DNA of 62,974 bases from positions 1 through 62,974 of the IMG/VR virus record IMGVR_UViG_3300017989_000118; one strand, given 5' to 3'. This DNA comes from a virus. Taxonomy: Duplodnaviria; Caudoviricetes. A program made the translations under genes and the position numbers. Below the pieces are notes generated by a model. That model saw only the letters and a list, made by a program, of their open reading frames with translations, did not search any database and had not been told where the DNA came from. This document shows positions 27,980-38,480 of this stretch, piece after piece. Position 1 is the stretch's first letter. Every line of letters begins with the position of its first letter.

Positions 27980-29064
27980 TGGCAGCAGAGACGAGAGACA
28001 CGAAATCACAGTCGGCCGACCACGCGTCGGCCGCCGCGACCCCGTCGGAGATGTCCGCGTGGGCCGCGGGCGCGCAGGCGGCCGCCACGGTGGTGTCCGC
28101 GTCGGCGTTCCTCGGTCCGGTCTCCGCCTTGGCGGCCGACGCCGCCCTGTTCGGCGCCCTCGCCCTGGCGGCGGCCCAGCCCGCCGCGGTCCGCACACGA
28201 AAGGACGAGTCGCGCGGGTCGCCGGAGTCGCTCGTGCCGCCGAAGCACTCGCTAGTCATGTCTCCCGACGCCCCCGGGCGCCAACAGGTGGAGCGCGAGG
28301 GCGGCGTGACCGCCGCGTCCCCACTGCGGTACGGCACGAAGGCCATGAAGATAGGTCTGAACATCGACCCGACATACCTGGAGGAGATCAAGAACGACAT
28401 AGCCAAGCCGACGGGCGGAACCAAGGTGGATCTCACGCACCTGAACGCCTGGCTTGCCATACCGGACGTAGTTCTGCTCGTCAACCCCACCAGCCTGGAG
28501 TGGTCCATGGCCAACCGGGTGCAGGAGACGAGGACCCGCGGCGGCTTCTTGCAGGAGTTCTGGGGCAGCGAGCTGGACACCCTGACGGCCAGTGGCAAGT
28601 CGGCGGTGGCGTATGTCGCGAGCCAGGGCGCGGACCAGGGCGGCGGGCTGACCATACGCGATCTTCGGAGGGACAGCGCGGGATACAGGAACCTGCGACG
28701 CCTCGTGGACATCTACCGCTCGAACGGCGTGATCTACGGGATGCGGGCGATGGGCAACTACGCCGTTGGGCGCGACGAGGAGAAGCCCGCATACAGGAAG
28801 ACGCTGCTGTATGGCGGTTATGTGGACATATTCTACGATGGCGTGACGTACAGCGGGTTCTTCGAGAACTTCGAGGTCAGGGAATCCGGCGAGGCGCCGT
28901 TCTGGCTGGACTGGTCGTTCACGTTCAAGGTCGAGACGGTGACCGGGCAGGACCTGAAGGTCTACGACAGCGGGAAGTACCTGCGGGCCGACTCGCCGGC
29001 GGAGTCCGCGCCGGCGGAGTTCTCCAGCATGAGCATTAACGATACCGGGCAAAGGAACCTGTAG
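27979..29064 (+). CDS. Baseplate tail-tube initiator-like protein (gp48/gp54-like)
   Basis: LLVNPTSL......V.E..TRGG...EFWG.ELD.L.ASG...YDG..Y.G.FE.F...E....PF...WSFTFKV. Confidence 0.7.
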   Translation: MAAETRDTKSQSADHASAAATPSEMSAWAAGAQAAATVVSASAFLGPVSALAADAALFGALALAAAQPAAVRTRKDESRGSPESLVPPKHSLVMSPDAPGRQQVEREGGVTAASPLRYGTKAMKIGLNIDPTYLEEIKNDIAKPTGGTKVDLTHLNAWLAIPDVVLLVNPTSLEWSMANRVQETRTRGGFLQEFWGSELDTLTASGKSAVAYVASQGADQGGGLTIRDLRRDSAGYRNLRRLVDIYRSNGVIYGMRAMGNYAVGRDEEKPAYRKTLLYGGYVDIFYDGVTYSGFFENFEVRESGEAPFWLDWSFTFKVETVTGQDLKVYDSGKYLRADSPAESAPAEFSSMSINDTGQRNL

Positions 29065-29065
29065 C

Positions 29066-30946
29066 ATGTTCAAGATAACCAACACGGAAATCGCGAGGGT
29101 GGTGCAGAACCCGAAGGGGTATGTGTACGATTTCGGCGGTCGCAGGTTCTTCCTGGCGAAGGTGTGCCAGAGCGACGGCTGCGGATTCGACTTCTGCGCG
29201 GGGCTGAACAGGACCTGCCTTGATTTGGTGCGGCAGAGGGTCGTCGGCATGCTGGTCACCGCGGACGAGTACGACGGACTCGAGCTGATAGACACGCGGT
29301 TGGCCGCTGCCGGACAGGTGCTGCTCATACAGGAGAACGGCGAGGTCGTATTCAACGGCGTGCTCGAGGAGGACTGCCTTGTAGTGAAGTTGGAGGGCCC
29401 GAAGACCACCAGACTCAAGATGATACCCGACAGGCTCTATGTCGTCGGCACGAGGGAGGGGGACGACAACAACGGGTTACTGGTGCGGGCAGTGAGCGCC
29501 GACCATGCCTCCGACATGCTCGGTCGCTTGCACGACCTGCGGTGCAGTCTCACGACGAAGCTACTCGTAGAGGGGGCGCTGGACAGGAAAGTCGGCCGGG
29601 CGACAGGCAGGCTTGAGAGGCCGTCCCAGGAGCCGCGGATCAACCCGACCCTCGGCACCGTGCTTGTCGAGCACGGCGACATAGCCGATCCGCTGCCCCA
29701 CGAGGTCCGCGGCATGTCGGAGAAGGAACAGGAGGAGGTGGTGGAGAAGGGTCTGTCCGGCTCGTCCTCGTCATCTTCCCTGTCTGGTGAGCGGGAGTAC
29801 GCGGAGTCGGAGATACTGACGTTCGAGTCCGAACTCGTCGCGGGCGCGGAGATGCTCGACAGGTTCGGATGCCAACTGACGGGTTCGCCGAACTCGGGCA
29901 CCGAGGTGTCCGCGTCGGCCATTCAGGGTGCGCTGGACGCCATCTCCCGGTTCGAGTCCGCCAAGTCCGTCTTCGGCCTGCCCGCAGCCCCTGCGCCAGC
30001 CCGTCCGGCGAGCGTGGACGATTTGGCGTACGCCGTGATGCTTGTCAATCACGCCGACTCCCAGGTAGAGGGAATGCGGAGGAAGATAGTCTTCACATCC
30101 ATGTCCTCCGACAGGGACGGCGGATCCAGCCCGTGCGAGTCGTCGCCTACGAGTTGGATATGCGCCGGACTGTCCAACCCGACCGCCCAGTTCGGGGGGA
30201 ACAGGGTCGCGGTGGGGGATGTGCGGGAGGCCGCCGGCGAAGCCGCCAGGACGGTGTCCGCCAGGACAGAGGAGATGCTGGGGCTGACCCGACGCGCCAG
30301 ACTCGCCGTCGACAGCGTGATAAACGCCCACCGCGTGTGGTTCAGGTTGGAGGCATACAGGCAGAGGATGGCCGATCTGGAGGCCGTGTTCCGGGCAAAC
30401 CGATCGCCACTCGACGGGCTCACCGGCGACGCACTGGAGGATGTCTCCGCGAAGATAGGCGCGGCCACCGCCGAGCTGTATTTGGCGCTTCGGGCCGCAG
30501 GCGCGGAGACCTCGTACGGACGCACGACGCTAGAGTCGACCGAGCAGGGCAAGTTGTATCAGACGCTGAACGCCCACCCGGAGATGCTCAGGAGAATCTC
30601 CGACGCGGTGTCGGGCATGATGGATGTGGATTTGCCGCCCTTCCGGATTCCGTCCGGCACGGAGGACAGCAGCCCGGCCTCGCTTGTCTCGCTGGGCTTC
30701 GGCGTGCCGACGGCGCAACTGGATGCCGTGGAGGACGATTTCGCGGCCGCGCTCGGGGTGGACGGGTTCGACCCGGACATAGGCGTGATACCGGCGGATG
30801 CCCAGGAGGACATGGAGTCCAGACTTTCGGCCATGTTCGGGGCCAAATCGGTCACAGGCGCGACATACGAGTCGTTCATGGACGTGGCGGAGAGATCCGC
30901 CCTGTACGAGGACGGGAGGGTGAACTCCCCGGAGAGGTTCGTCTGA
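29066..30946 (+). CDS. Hypothetical protein with Cys-rich N-terminal domain
   Basis: 626-aa ORF tightly packed between neighbours; CQSDGCGFDFC...C cluster. Confidence 0.7.
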   Translation: MFKITNTEIARVVQNPKGYVYDFGGRRFFLAKVCQSDGCGFDFCAGLNRTCLDLVRQRVVGMLVTADEYDGLELIDTRLAAAGQVLLIQENGEVVFNGVLEEDCLVVKLEGPKTTRLKMIPDRLYVVGTREGDDNNGLLVRAVSADHASDMLGRLHDLRCSLTTKLLVEGALDRKVGRATGRLERPSQEPRINPTLGTVLVEHGDIADPLPHEVRGMSEKEQEEVVEKGLSGSSSSSSLSGEREYAESEILTFESELVAGAEMLDRFGCQLTGSPNSGTEVSASAIQGALDAISRFESAKSVFGLPAAPAPARPASVDDLAYAVMLVNHADSQVEGMRRKIVFTSMSSDRDGGSSPCESSPTSWICAGLSNPTAQFGGNRVAVGDVREAAGEAARTVSARTEEMLGLTRRARLAVDSVINAHRVWFRLEAYRQRMADLEAVFRANRSPLDGLTGDALEDVSAKIGAATAELYLALRAAGAETSYGRTTLESTEQGKLYQTLNAHPEMLRRISDAVSGMMDVDLPPFRIPSGTEDSSPASLVSLGFGVPTAQLDAVEDDFAAALGVDGFDPDIGVIPADAQEDMESRLSAMFGAKSVTGATYESFMDVAERSALYEDGRVNSPERFV

Positions 30947-32343
30947 TGGAGCCGCGAGAAAACCCGGCGTCATCGGCGGCGCACACCGCGGTAGCCGCCA
31001 CCCCCGCGGAGTCCGCGGCCGCCGCACAGCGGGTGCAATCCGCCGCGACATCCGTGCGCGAATCCACATTCTTCGGGCGGGCGGACGGCCTTACCGTAGA
31101 TTTGAGGCTGTTCGAGGCCCTGGCCGCGAGCAGGGAGCACACAACCGCCGTCCGAGCGGTGTCGCGGGAACCGCTCGCCGAGGGGTCGCGCCACGCGGAC
31201 TTCACGGGGCAGCAGTTCGTCGCGGCCCTGCGGAAGCCGCCAATCGACAGGCGACCGAGGCGCAACGCCGCGTCCGACCGCAATGTATTCGGCGGAAGCC
31301 GCGAGCAGACCGTACAGCGGCCGTCCAGACAGCCGGACGACGCGGACGGCACGGCGCAGATTTCGTCTGCTAAGCCGCCGTCCAAGCCCTTCTACATCGG
31401 CCTCATTGATGTGCCCGGCATCGGGTATGCGAACACCTTCCTGTCGAGGACCGCCAGCGGGGAGTTCAACCCCACCGCGAAGGCCTCCGAGGCGCTGCTC
31501 GCGCATCCGCTCACCCGACCGGAGTCCTCCCAGTCCAGATCCATGACGCCAGCGGTCGTGAAGATGCATGTCAACCCGACGGACATCACCCTCACATACC
31601 AAAAGAAGGTGTCGGCCACGCGGGTCCGGGCCAACTACGCGAGGAGGGAGCTGGCCCAGGGCGGCAAGGTTACAGGACATGTTGTCGAGCACCACTGGGA
31701 CGAACTCGACAACGTGTCGGTGAACTGCGTCACGGGCAACTTCTGGGTGAACGGCGGGCTAGATTACCCCCGCGGCGAGCAGTCGGGCTTCGTGCCGAGC
31801 CGGTCCAAGTCCCTCGCGTACAGGAAGCTGCAAGCGATAATAGCGATGTTCCGCAACAACGGATGCGCTTGGCTGACCGGGAACACCAAGCTCACGTACA
31901 GCGACGAACAGAACTTTTTCGGGTCGGACTTCAACATAATCGTGAATCCGGGCGCCGCCTTCATGATGTACGACAACATCATATGGTACGGCCACTTCGA
32001 GACGATGAACGTCACCGAAAGCGGCGACGTGCCGCACATGTTCAACTTCTCGATCGAGTTTAAGGTGGCCAAGACAGTCGATATGAACGGCGTCAGCGAC
32101 GCGGATGTCATGGAGGACGGCGCGCTCCCGGTGTTCTTCGACTCCCCACCGCCGCAGTCCCCCGTCTCCGAGCAGAGGCCCAACGCCGAGAATCTGGAGA
32201 GATACAGGGAGAATGCCGAGAAGGAGGCCGAGCGTCGGGTGAAGGCGTCCGAGGTGCTTGGGCAGTCGCCGACGCCGCCGAAGGAGACCAATGTCAGGTA
32301 CATTCCGCCGCAGTGGGGCGGAGAGATTGAGGGGGGTGGCTGA
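30946..32343 (+). CDS. Second tail-tube initiator-like baseplate protein
   Basis: ATG overlaps the upstream TGA; MHVNPT.I...Y.K, EHHWDELD, YDNIIWYGHFE.M..TE....P..FNFSIEFKV; paralogous to 27979..29064. Confidence 0.7.
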   Translation: MEPRENPASSAAHTAVAATPAESAAAAQRVQSAATSVRESTFFGRADGLTVDLRLFEALAASREHTTAVRAVSREPLAEGSRHADFTGQQFVAALRKPPIDRRPRRNAASDRNVFGGSREQTVQRPSRQPDDADGTAQISSAKPPSKPFYIGLIDVPGIGYANTFLSRTASGEFNPTAKASEALLAHPLTRPESSQSRSMTPAVVKMHVNPTDITLTYQKKVSATRVRANYARRELAQGGKVTGHVVEHHWDELDNVSVNCVTGNFWVNGGLDYPRGEQSGFVPSRSKSLAYRKLQAIIAMFRNNGCAWLTGNTKLTYSDEQNFFGSDFNIIVNPGAAFMMYDNIIWYGHFETMNVTESGDVPHMFNFSIEFKVAKTVDMNGVSDADVMEDGALPVFFDSPPPQSPVSEQRPNAENLERYRENAEKEAERRVKASEVLGQSPTPPKETNVRYIPPQWGGEIEGGG

Positions 32344-34949
32344 TGCCTGCGGGATTCCAGCAGCCTCCAGTCCTGAAGCTCAGCCCGGACTACAAGGTCT
32401 TCATCAGCGGGCTCAGTAAGCTCCCCATCTCCGGCCAGGCGACGGAGAGTCAGAGGACCCCGCTCGGACGCGGCGCGGTGAGCTACCGTGACCTTAACAG
32501 CGATGTAGCGGGGGTCACCGTCTCGATGGGCATAGAGAGCAGCCCCGGCACCGCGAGCTTCACCGTAAATGTCCCCCGGCACCGCACCGAAGCGCTCGCG
32601 TACCTCCGGGACGGCGAGGTGCTCATAAAGCCGATGATGGAGGTGCATGTCTACCTCCGCGGCCGGTTCAACAACCAGGACAACCAGCCCCAGTACTACT
32701 TGGTCTTCTGGGGGGTGGTGAGCACCGTACAGGAGCAGTACAGCGACGGCACACACTCGCTGAACGTCAGTTGCCTAGACATACTGCACTGGTGGGAGAT
32801 AACGAAGGTCGTGACCTCGCCGTCCGCCGTCGCGGCCGCGCAGGTAGGGGATCAGGAGATATCCGGCCTGAGTTCCATCTACACGCAGTTAGACGCCCAC
32901 TCGATCATATACGACCTCGGCAAGATTTCGATGCAGAACTTCATGCTGCCCAACACCATAAACATCTCGGACGCGGAGACGGGATACCAGTCGGTGGAGC
33001 AGTTCAACCGCGAGGCGCCGTTCATAGCGAAGTACTGGCGGGAGAGGTTCGCGGCTATCAGGTCGTCACTGAGGCTGTACGCATTCGCTGGGTTCCAGAC
33101 CTGCTCGAAAAGGACCTTTGGCCCGAACAAGCCCGACAATAACGCCCAGTCGGAAGGCGATACCGAGCAGCCGGGTCCGCTCAGCGAGCAGGGAACCAGC
33201 GGGAACTATGTATACACCGTGGTGAAGGTGTGCGAGAACCAGATCGAGGCGATGCACCCCTACAAGACCATCGAGGGGCGCTCCGTCGGGCAGCAGGAGA
33301 GCCAGCAGCGATCGAAGCTGGAGGTGGCCAAGGAGGTGGCGAACAACACCCACTGGGAGTTCTTCCTCGACATGGACGGCAGCGTCGTGTTCAAGCCGCC
33401 GTTCTACAACTTGGATGTGCGAGGTAACGAGGCCTCGGTCATACTCGACATAGACATAATCAACTACACCCGGACCGAGACTGAGAACGGCGCAGTGACA
33501 TCGCTGTACGTGGCCGGAAGGAAGATGTCAGAGCAGAGTTCCGAGACCCCGTGGGGCGGTTGGTGGATAGACTGGCCGATGGCGCTCACCCTCGGACTCA
33601 GGCACGAGCAGAGGGAGGAGTGGCGGGTCTTGGATCCGAAGCAGTGCAAGCAGTATGCGCAGGCGGAGATAAACAAGCATAACGCGATGCTCGACACGTT
33701 GGACCTGACCATACCCGGCCGTCCCGAACTACGGCTGGGATATCCCGTGTATGTGGAGCCGCTAGACAGCTTCTACTATGTCTACAACATCGACCACACC
33801 ATACAATCCGGCGGCGCGTTCACGACCACTCTGTCGCTCAAGGGTAAACGTACTAGGATACGCGACTCCAGCGGACGGGTGCAGAAACTTCTTGCGGCCG
33901 TCCAGAAGAGCGGGTCCGGACAGTCGGGCAAGGTCATGGAGAACGGGGAAGACGGCGCAGGCGGCTCTTGCGTGCCGACGACGCTCATGTCCGCGACGCA
34001 GACGTTGGCGGACTCGTATGCCCGGGCCTTAGCGTCGTCGGAGACCGAGGTGTCCAGCGCCAAGGGCAAGTCGATACGGACCCTGTCCGCATCACCCAGT
34101 CTGAGCCAGGAGGCGCTGGCGGAGGAACGCAAGAAGGCTGAGGCCGAGGCCTTGCTTGAGTCCGATCCATGCAACGCGCATTACCAAGAGCAGCTCAGGA
34201 AGAAGATCGCGGCCGTCAACGAGGCATCCAAGAAGACCAGAATGACCGCAGACGGGAACGCCCCCGGTGACTGGGTGTTCGTCGAGGACTTCCCCGTCAT
34301 ACCCGGCGCCGCTGGCTCCAACAAGCTCGCGCCGGTGGACGGGAGCGAGATTGTGGACGCGATACAGTTCACCGACGAGCAGGGCTACAAGCTGTTCGGG
34401 CCGTTCCTCTACGGCAGGTTCGTCTCCCTGGGGCCATCCGGCAGGATGGAGTCCAGCACCAACGAGAGCGGGGAGAAGCACGTATCCGAGGTCGCGAAAT
34501 CCGCGTCCGCCGGACCCGGTGGGTCCGGTACGAACGACGGCGCGCTCAGGTACACCATAGACCCGAACCTGGGCGCCATAACCCTGAAGCTCGGTTCGGC
34601 CGTGGGTAGGCTAGGCGCCGGCGTGGGCGGGGAGGCGCTCGCGGCTACCAGCCGCATGTCAGAGGACGGCAGCCTGCCCAAGCGCAGCCTCGCTGGCTCC
34701 GAAGGCGGACTCGGGACTGAGCCGCAGGCGTCGCAGGGCGGCTCGAAGAATCTGTCCACCGGGAAGGCCTCGGTAGATGACGTGAACAACTGCGAGGCAG
34801 GCACATCTGGGCAGAAGGCCGGACCCCACACACCGGAGGCCCAAGAGAAGTACAAGCAGCTCCGCCGGTGCATGACTCAGGGGAATACCGAGGAGCAGGA
34901 GGAGACCAAACCCAACTACGTTCCGCAGAAGTGGGCCGGAGAACAGTGA
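32343..34949 (+). CDS. Baseplate hub protein (gp27/gpD-like)
   Basis: VFWGVVSTV, L.VSCLD.L, EFFLDMDGSVVFKPPFYN, IPGRPELRLGYPVYV...YYVYNIDH...FTTTLSL hub motifs. Confidence 0.8.
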   Translation: MPAGFQQPPVLKLSPDYKVFISGLSKLPISGQATESQRTPLGRGAVSYRDLNSDVAGVTVSMGIESSPGTASFTVNVPRHRTEALAYLRDGEVLIKPMMEVHVYLRGRFNNQDNQPQYYLVFWGVVSTVQEQYSDGTHSLNVSCLDILHWWEITKVVTSPSAVAAAQVGDQEISGLSSIYTQLDAHSIIYDLGKISMQNFMLPNTINISDAETGYQSVEQFNREAPFIAKYWRERFAAIRSSLRLYAFAGFQTCSKRTFGPNKPDNNAQSEGDTEQPGPLSEQGTSGNYVYTVVKVCENQIEAMHPYKTIEGRSVGQQESQQRSKLEVAKEVANNTHWEFFLDMDGSVVFKPPFYNLDVRGNEASVILDIDIINYTRTETENGAVTSLYVAGRKMSEQSSETPWGGWWIDWPMALTLGLRHEQREEWRVLDPKQCKQYAQAEINKHNAMLDTLDLTIPGRPELRLGYPVYVEPLDSFYYVYNIDHTIQSGGAFTTTLSLKGKRTRIRDSSGRVQKLLAAVQKSGSGQSGKVMENGEDGAGGSCVPTTLMSATQTLADSYARALASSETEVSSAKGKSIRTLSASPSLSQEALAEERKKAEAEALLESDPCNAHYQEQLRKKIAAVNEASKKTRMTADGNAPGDWVFVEDFPVIPGAAGSNKLAPVDGSEIVDAIQFTDEQGYKLFGPFLYGRFVSLGPSGRMESSTNESGEKHVSEVAKSASAGPGGSGTNDGALRYTIDPNLGAITLKLGSAVGRLGAGVGGEALAATSRMSEDGSLPKRSLAGSEGGLGTEPQASQGGSKNLSTGKASVDDVNNCEAGTSGQKAGPHTPEAQEKYKQLRRCMTQGNTEEQEETKPNYVPQKWAGEQ

Positions 34950-34960
34950 TAGGATAGGGT

Positions 34961-37900
34961 ATGCCGAGACTCAACTACTATGGCGGTCCGATCAAGAGCG
35001 GCTTTGGCGTCCGCCCGGTGCAGTACGGGGCGCAGTGGAAGTTCGGCGAGGGCATGGGCCGGGATTACTTCGCCAGGCTCGGCAAGGTCTCCCGCGTGGA
35101 CGAGGAGAACGGCGTCGTAGATCTCAAGTGGCTGGACTACGGCGGATACGCGCAGGAGGTGCCGCTGGCGCTGCCGTACGCCACCCGACGGGGGGCCGGA
35201 CACGGCATGCCGTCCAGGGGCGCGATCGCAATCTGTGTCTTCATCAAGTACAGCCAGCGGATCGGGAAACCGGTGATAGTCGGGTGGCTGAAGTCGCCGT
35301 GGGCCGGAAGCAAAGCCAACGAGCTGGATTTGGGCTTCGGCACGCTCAGCACCCTGTCGCAGGACTTCATCGTCGATCAGGAGGATATCCGGCTCGCGCC
35401 CCGCATAGGCGCCGCGTCGGAGAGGCGGCGACTCCGGAAGACGCATCCCGGGGACGTGCATTGGATAAGCGACCACGGCGGCGAGCTGTACCTCGACGAG
35501 AATGTGCAGCTATCCTCCGGAGCGCTGGACGAGTTCCTTCTCCGCTCCGATGATCAGACGGCGAGTCTGGTCACCGGCACCAGCCGCGTCGCCACGGAGG
35601 CCGGCCGCCGCAGGTTCGGCATCGCGTTCCGGAACGAGGTCGTATCGTGGCAGGATCATGAGTTCGACGAGGAGAGTCTGGAGGAGGAGAAGGACGACGT
35701 CGACGAGGGCATATCCAGCGCTATGCGCAAGCTCACGTACGAGTCCCGTATACTGCCTGTGGTCACGAGATCCGGGAAGTTCCTCTACATCCCGACACCG
35801 CTTCTGAGCAAAGGCACCGTCGACGCCGGCGGAACGCCATGGGTGGAGGATATCCTTGAGCTTCGGGAGGTCGGGGACTGCGTCAAGGATGTCTGCGAGG
35901 AGGTGCATGATCACGATCTGGATTCGCTGTACCCTCCCGCAGCGGTCGGCGACAACCACACGGACATATTCATCAGGAGGGTGCTCGGCACATACCTCGG
36001 CAACGACCCGACGGACAAGAAGTCGTACGGCGTGCCGATGTACCGCCGCATTTTCGAGGGGTACGGCAGTTGGCGGCCGGATGCCCCCGGCAAGGAGTAC
36101 TACGATCCGGACAGCGGGGAGAAGAAGGAGACATCCGCCGGCCCGAAATGGGTTCCGATAAACCGCACGTATTTCGAGAACGAAGCGTTCGAGAGCGCGG
36201 AGTCCGTCGAGAAGTCGGGTCTGGGCGGCGACGAGGGGCGACTGAGGACGCGAGAGAACCAGGAGGCGAGCCTCCTGCACACGGAGTTCGCGCACACCGG
36301 GCAATTCGGCAGCAACGCGGACTCGGACACCGTCCGCAACACGGCCTTCGACATCTCGAAGGAGGGCGTCCTCCAGTTCATCGTGAGCGCGTCGAGCGAC
36401 GAGCATGCCATAGTGTCCACCGAGGGCTCCGAGGAGAGCGAGGAGGAGGGCGGCTGGAAGTCGTCCGGCCGCAGCGTCGAGGGGCATTTCGAGGGCTCTG
36501 TCAAGCTGTCCCACGCGGCGAACACGAACGAGGAGGAGAGTTTCCGGCAAACAGCGCTGGGCAAGTTCGTCACCCTATGGGGGGCCAGCGAGCACCACTT
36601 CGCAGAGGACTGGAAGGACAAGTCCAGATCCGATACGCTCGCCACCGCCTTCATCATGGACGGGTTCCCCGGCCAGGATGGCGGCGGCCCGGGCGTGCAG
36701 GTGCTGGAGCTGAAGGGCGAGGGCGCGACGGACAGGTACGACTGGCCCGTGGTGCCCGCCGGCCTGAAGGTCGCCAACCGGCGGCGAAGCGAGCGACGCA
36801 GCACATGGGGCGGCCTCGATTGGTATTTGGGCAGGACTGTAGATAACCGCACGTCGTGGAACTTGGCCACCGCCGGGCAGGTCAAGCAATGGATTGGTGC
36901 GACCCCGGCGCCGTCCACGGTGAACGAGGAGGAGGCCGAGGCCACCAATGTCGCCGGGCGCGTGAACTGCTCCATCGTAAGGCACACTGTCGGTTCGGTG
37001 GAGGAGCACATCGGCAGGAACGAGAATGAGGAGTCCTGGAACACGGTGTTCGACGGGCAGGTCAAGCACCGGATAGGCTACACGGAGAGTCCGGACAACA
37101 ACACGGGCGAGGACCTCGACGTGCTTGGGCCTAACGGACCCGGCCGCGTCAGAAACTCGGTCAACCGCCAGGTGCTCGGCTCGGTGGAGGAGCATGTCGG
37201 GGTCAACGAGAAGCAGGAGACATACAACGCCGTCTTCGACGGGCAGATCAAGCACAGGATAGGGTACACGGAGGTCCCGCCGGAGGAGCGGCTCAACACC
37301 GGACAATGCCCCAAGGAGGGCGGCTCCGAGGGCGAGATGGAACCTTGCATGCTGGTGGTTGGGCCAAACGGCCCGGGACGCGTCAAGAACTCTATAAACA
37401 GAGAAATACGCGGCTCGGTGGAGGAGCATGTTGGGGTCAACGAGCAGGAGGAGTCGCACAACGCGGTCCTGGACGGCCAGTTGAAGATGCGGATCGGCAC
37501 GACCACGACGCCCCCGGCCAACCGCCGGAACACGTCCGACGGACTCGATGTCTCCGGGCCGTTCGGCGCGGGCGACAAGGGCAACTCGGTGAACCTGCAA
37601 CTCCTGGGCAGTTTTGAGGCGAACGTCGGCAAGAACCAGACGCTGGGCGACTCGGTCTACATCAACACGCTCGGCGGGTGGGACATCAACATCCTCGGGC
37701 CTGACATGTCGAACTGTGCCATCAAGCTGCTGGCGAAGGGGAATGTAGATGCGTCCGTGCAGGGGGATTGGGCGGACAGCATCTCGGGGAAGCAGGCCCG
37801 CACCATCGGCGGTGACTACATGAGGACGGCCGCCAGACACGTCCTGGTGGGGGATGTGCTAATCCAAGGCAACCTGAGCGTCGAGGGGGACGTGCATGTC

Positions 37901-37963
37901 ACGGGCGACCTCCATGCCGACGGGGAGATAACCGACTCCAACGGCGAGGTGCACAGCCACTAG
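34961..37963 (+). CDS. Central baseplate spike (gp5/gpV/gp138-like) with beta-helix repeats and C-terminal HxH
   Basis: N-terminal OB-fold-like ARLGKVSRVD...MPSRGA; internal repeats; C-terminal GNLSVEGDVHVTGD...VHSH. Confidence 0.8.
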   Translation: MPRLNYYGGPIKSGFGVRPVQYGAQWKFGEGMGRDYFARLGKVSRVDEENGVVDLKWLDYGGYAQEVPLALPYATRRGAGHGMPSRGAIAICVFIKYSQRIGKPVIVGWLKSPWAGSKANELDLGFGTLSTLSQDFIVDQEDIRLAPRIGAASERRRLRKTHPGDVHWISDHGGELYLDENVQLSSGALDEFLLRSDDQTASLVTGTSRVATEAGRRRFGIAFRNEVVSWQDHEFDEESLEEEKDDVDEGISSAMRKLTYESRILPVVTRSGKFLYIPTPLLSKGTVDAGGTPWVEDILELREVGDCVKDVCEEVHDHDLDSLYPPAAVGDNHTDIFIRRVLGTYLGNDPTDKKSYGVPMYRRIFEGYGSWRPDAPGKEYYDPDSGEKKETSAGPKWVPINRTYFENEAFESAESVEKSGLGGDEGRLRTRENQEASLLHTEFAHTGQFGSNADSDTVRNTAFDISKEGVLQFIVSASSDEHAIVSTEGSEESEEEGGWKSSGRSVEGHFEGSVKLSHAANTNEEESFRQTALGKFVTLWGASEHHFAEDWKDKSRSDTLATAFIMDGFPGQDGGGPGVQVLELKGEGATDRYDWPVVPAGLKVANRRRSERRSTWGGLDWYLGRTVDNRTSWNLATAGQVKQWIGATPAPSTVNEEEAEATNVAGRVNCSIVRHTVGSVEEHIGRNENEESWNTVFDGQVKHRIGYTESPDNNTGEDLDVLGPNGPGRVRNSVNRQVLGSVEEHVGVNEKQETYNAVFDGQIKHRIGYTEVPPEERLNTGQCPKEGGSEGEMEPCMLVVGPNGPGRVKNSINREIRGSVEEHVGVNEQEESHNAVLDGQLKMRIGTTTTPPANRRNTSDGLDVSGPFGAGDKGNSVNLQLLGSFEANVGKNQTLGDSVYINTLGGWDINILGPDMSNCAIKLLAKGNVDASVQGDWADSISGKQARTIGGDYMRTAARHVLVGDVLIQGNLSVEGDVHVTGDLHADGEITDSNGEVHSH
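36989..37630 (+). repeat. Three to four intragenic repeats in the spike (GSVEEHxGxNExxExxNxVxDGQxKxRIGxT...GPNGPGRVxNS)
   Basis: Visible at DNA level: GGTTCGGTGGAGGAGCA near 36992, GGCTCGGTGGAGGAGCA near 37178 and 37412. Confidence 0.85.
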
Positions 37964-37973
37964 GGGGCCATAT

Positions 37974-38480
37974 ATGATGCAGCCATCGGATGTAGCGAGC
38001 CGGGCGCACGCGGAGCTGGACAGCATATCGTCGAACATCGACATGATGTTCGACAACCCGTCGACGGGGTACATCATAGTCGATGGGCCGATAGCCAACC
38101 TGCTGTGCCCGCCGATTCCGTCGGCGTTCGACTTCTCGCTGGAGATATCCGCGCAGTTCGAGGGGTTCAAGGTCACGCTGATGCTGTTCTCGGACTTCTC
38201 GCTGGACATCGACATAGAGCTGCCGCCGTGCCCCACCGTTGCAGTCGGCGCGGGGATCGACACGGTATTCGGCTTGAGGGCGCAGGCGGGCGCCGTGATC
38301 GACTGCATGCACGGCACGGTCGATTTCTTCGCGGAGGTGGTTACCCCGCCTCCGCCAAGCATAGAGGTCGTGTGCGTCCGTCAGCCGACCGTGGCCCCGT
38401 TCATAATGGAGGCGTTCGGGCAGCTCGAAATCGCAAAGGGCGGGGTCCTGACGGCCGCGCTCAGCGCACAGGCCGTCTAG
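37974..38480 (+). CDS. Hypothetical protein downstream of the spike
   Basis: 168-aa beta-rich/Pro-containing ORF. Confidence 0.6.
   Translation: MMQPSDVASRAHAELDSISSNIDMMFDNPSTGYIIVDGPIANLLCPPIPSAFDFSLEISAQFEGFKVTLMLFSDFSLDIDIELPPCPTVAVGAGIDTVFGLRAQAGAVIDCMHGTVDFFAEVVTPPPPSIEVVCVRQPTVAPFIMEAFGQLEIAKGGVLTAALSAQAV

Noticed and set aside
29869-30945. N-terminal 359 aa of the 824-aa ORF 29869..32343
   Set aside because: Overlaps the 29066..30946 gene and has shadow-like composition; the likely start is ATG 30946, coupled to the upstream stop.
36989-37630. Spike repeats as diversity-generating retroelement template/variable repeats
   Set aside because: No reverse transcriptase gene; the repeats are in-frame and tandem, and differences are not adenine-specific.
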